Positions 62,097 through 64,000 of a stretch of 64,000 bases of DNA are shown here, piece after piece. Below the pieces are notes generated by a model. It was not told the DNA's origin, ran no database searches, and saw nothing but the letters and a program-made list of their open reading frames with translations. Numbering within the stretch: position 1 is the first letter of the stretch; every line of letters begins with the position of its first letter. Both the position numbers and the translations under genes were made by a program. This DNA is from Abditibacterium sp. (GTDB lineage Bacteria; Armatimonadota; Abditibacteriia; Abditibacteriales; Abditibacteriaceae): assembly GCA_965246885.1 (NCBI GenBank), contig OZ251992.1:1248001-1312000 (forward strand), written 5' to 3'.

Positions 62097-63359
62097 ATGC
62101 CAGATTTAGCCCTACGCACATCGCTGGACAAAGAGTTTCGCCCGACGCGCGGCGAATTTCTGCAAACCCTCCTCATCGAACTCTCGCCCGGTCGCGGACT
62201 GCGGACATTGCCGCTCAACTTGGGCATCCTGCTCGACAACTCCGGCTCGATGGAAGGCGAAAAGTTGGAGCGCGCCAAACGCGCTTGCACGCTCATTCTC
62301 GACCAACTGTCGCCCGAAGACCGCGCGACAGTCGCCGTCTTTTCGAGTGGCGCGCGCGTTGTGGTTCCGTCCGCGCCTTTCGCCGAAGGCGCGGGGTTTC
62401 GCGCGCGGCAAAGCGTGATGGACGTGCGCGTCGAAGGCGCGACCGAACTGCTCGCGGGGCTGAACACCATTTATAAGGAAATCGAGCCGCACAAAACGCC
62501 CGCCAACACGACGTTTGTCATCGTGCTTTCGGACGGTCAGCCGACGGACTCGCAAGGCTTCGTTGACCGCGACCTGCCGAAGTTCTTGGAGCGCGCCAAG
62601 TCCGAGTTCGAGCGCGGCGGCGTGTCGTTATCCACGATTGGACTTGGGAAGGCCGAGGATTACGACGCGACTTTCTTGCGCGATTTGGCCGACAAAGGAA
62701 GCGGGAAGTTCCTCATGGCGCAGACGCCCGAAGAATTGGCGGGCGTCTTTCAGGATGAGTTCGGGCGCATCTCCTCGACCGTGCTGAGCGACGTGACCAT
62801 TGAAGTCTCCCGCTTGAACGGGCGCGCGCGGCGTTTGTGGCGCGTGGTGCCCGACAAGAAAATCTTCGACCCGCCGCAAGTCGTCAGCAACTCTTTCCGC
62901 GTTCCCGTCGGCAGCGTGCAGAACGACCAGCCGCAAGCGTATTTGCTCGACGTTGTAACGAGCGCGCCCGATGGCGCGAAGTCGCGCGACTTGCTGTGCC
63001 AAATCGCGGCGTGGAGCAGCGCCAATCCCGCACAAAAGGCCGAAGTCAACGTCTTAACAGGCTACTCGGACAACGAAGTCGAACTCGCGCAGCGCAACGG
63101 CGAAGTCGTGAGGCTGCTCGAAGAAGCCAACGATTTCAAACTGCAAGTGGACTTGGAAGCCGCCGTCAAAGCGGGCGACAAGCGCAAAATGACGCAAGTC
63201 TTGGAGCGCAAAAAGAAAATGACGCAGCGTTTGGGGAAAAGCGCGGCGACCAAAGTCTTGGAGGAAATGGAAGAAACGCTCGGCAAAGGCGGCGACATTT
63301 CCGCCGAAACCCTCGCCGTGTCGTCGGCGGAAACAAAGAAGACTAAACGCCTTGCGTAA
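62097..63359 (+). CDS. vWA-domain protein
   Basis: MIDAS LLDNSGSM, GAT, VLSDG and TIGLG motifs; helical C-terminus ending TKKTKRLA. Confidence 0.88.
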   Translation: MPDLALRTSLDKEFRPTRGEFLQTLLIELSPGRGLRTLPLNLGILLDNSGSMEGEKLERAKRACTLILDQLSPEDRATVAVFSSGARVVVPSAPFAEGAGFRARQSVMDVRVEGATELLAGLNTIYKEIEPHKTPANTTFVIVLSDGQPTDSQGFVDRDLPKFLERAKSEFERGGVSLSTIGLGKAEDYDATFLRDLADKGSGKFLMAQTPEELAGVFQDEFGRISSTVLSDVTIEVSRLNGRARRLWRVVPDKKIFDPPQVVSNSFRVPVGSVQNDQPQAYLLDVVTSAPDGAKSRDLLCQIAAWSSANPAQKAEVNVLTGYSDNEVELAQRNGEVVRLLEEANDFKLQVDLEAAVKAGDKRKMTQVLERKKKMTQRLGKSAATKVLEEMEETLGKGGDISAETLAVSSAETKKTKRLA

Positions 63360-63367
63360 ACAATTAA

Positions 63368-63452
63368 AGCCACAGATGGACACAGAAGACACGGATGTTT
63401 TGGAGGATTTATCCTTTGCTTGTATCCGTGTTTCCCGTGTCCATCTGTGGCT
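63368..63452. repeat. Imperfect inverted repeat (CCACAGATG-type)
   Basis: AGCCACAGATGGACACAGAAGACACGGAT ... ATCCGTGTTTCCCGTGTCCATCTGTGGCT. Confidence 0.8.
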
Positions 63453-63461
63453 AATTCAAAC

Positions 63462-64000
63462 ATGATCACCTGTCCAGCTTGCAACCATTCCAACGTGGAT
63501 GGCACCCAGTTCTGCGAAATGTGCGGCGAGGAATTGCCGCACAACAGCGCGACGGCGTCCGCTCCGACGGGCAACGAAGTCAAATGCCCGAACTGCGGCC
63601 ATCTCAATCCGCCCGAAAACCTCGCGTGCGAAGCGTGCGGCACGAACTTAAAACCCGCCGCCGCGCCGGTTTCCATTCCCGCGCCGCTTGTGCCGCCCGT
63701 TTTGGAAACAACTCCCTTCGATGCCGCGCCCGTCGCGGCGACGGACACGTCCATCGCGGGCGATTTGAAGCCGGGATTGGTGAAATTGGTCGTCGAGCAG
63801 GGCCAAAGCGTGGGCGCACAGTTCATCCTCAACGACAACGCAATCGAAGTCGGGCGCGAAGACGAGGACGAAGCGATTTACCCCGACATAGACCTGTCCG
63901 ACCAAGACGCGGGCTACGTTCATCGCCGCCACGCCACGCTCAAATTCGAGAACGGACACTTGCTTGTCACGCACTTGGGCGGCGCCAACAAGACGCGCGT
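63462..64000 (+). CDS. Double zinc ribbon - FHA protein, 3'-truncated by the window edge
   Basis: Manual translation: MITCPACNHSN..FCEMCG..CPNCGHLN..CEACG..EVGREDE..PDIDLS..VHRRHA..GGANKT. Confidence 0.88.
   Translation, partial: MITCPACNHSNVDGTQFCEMCGEELPHNSATASAPTGNEVKCPNCGHLNPPENLACEACGTNLKPAAAPVSIPAPLVPPVLETTPFDAAPVAATDTSIAGDLKPGLVKLVVEQGQSVGAQFILNDNAIEVGREDEDEAIYPDIDLSDQDAGYVHRRHATLKFENGHLLVTHLGGANKTR

Noticed and set aside
61547..62476. 309-aa ORF spanning the 21-mer array
   Set aside because: Overlaps vWA out of frame, has no SD or domain, and stays open mainly because the repeats lack stops. Translation is not formally excluded.
1..64000. tRNA, rRNA, transposase, integrase or prophage genes
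   Set aside because: None recognised by eye. tRNAscan-SE, Infernal and ISEScan were not run.

Overview
GC-rich bacterial chromosomal window, mostly housekeeping and accessory genes. The DUF1559 pilin-like gene, the GntR/LacI regulators and the overall gene style suggest Armatimonadota/Abditibacteriota (inference only). Recognisable genes: aspartate aminotransferase, citrate synthase, threonine dehydratase, a LacI/DUF1559/lipoprotein/GH10 cassette, two tandem GGDEF-EAL genes, HtrA, the rpsP-khpA-rimM-trmD-rplS-lepB-rnhB cluster (interrupted by an opposite-strand islet in which two genes carry in-frame stops), a sulfate ABC transporter, an anion porin with an inactive-looking alkaline phosphatase, a PhoB-like regulator, pheST, a HEPN/MNT-like pair, mpg, cax, queF, KimA-like permease with two TrkA proteins, and a Ser/Thr kinase-PP2C-vWA-FHA operon at the right edge. 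No rRNA, tRNA, CRISPR or transposase was seen. The most unusual signals are: (1) three dispersed arrays with a 21-nt period built on the palindrome TGACAGACGTCTGTCA, each abutting a stop codon, plus three unrelated 21/42-nt periodic tracts; (2) a SRAP domain lacking its catalytic residues, fused to a SWIM zinc finger; (3) several REP/MITE-like inverted-repeat families concentrated in the kinase operon; (4) a shared Pho-box-like motif; (5) a recurrent -10-like hexamer 6-8 nt before start codons, suggesting leaderless mRNAs. All family assignments come from motif recognition by eye, not from database searches.
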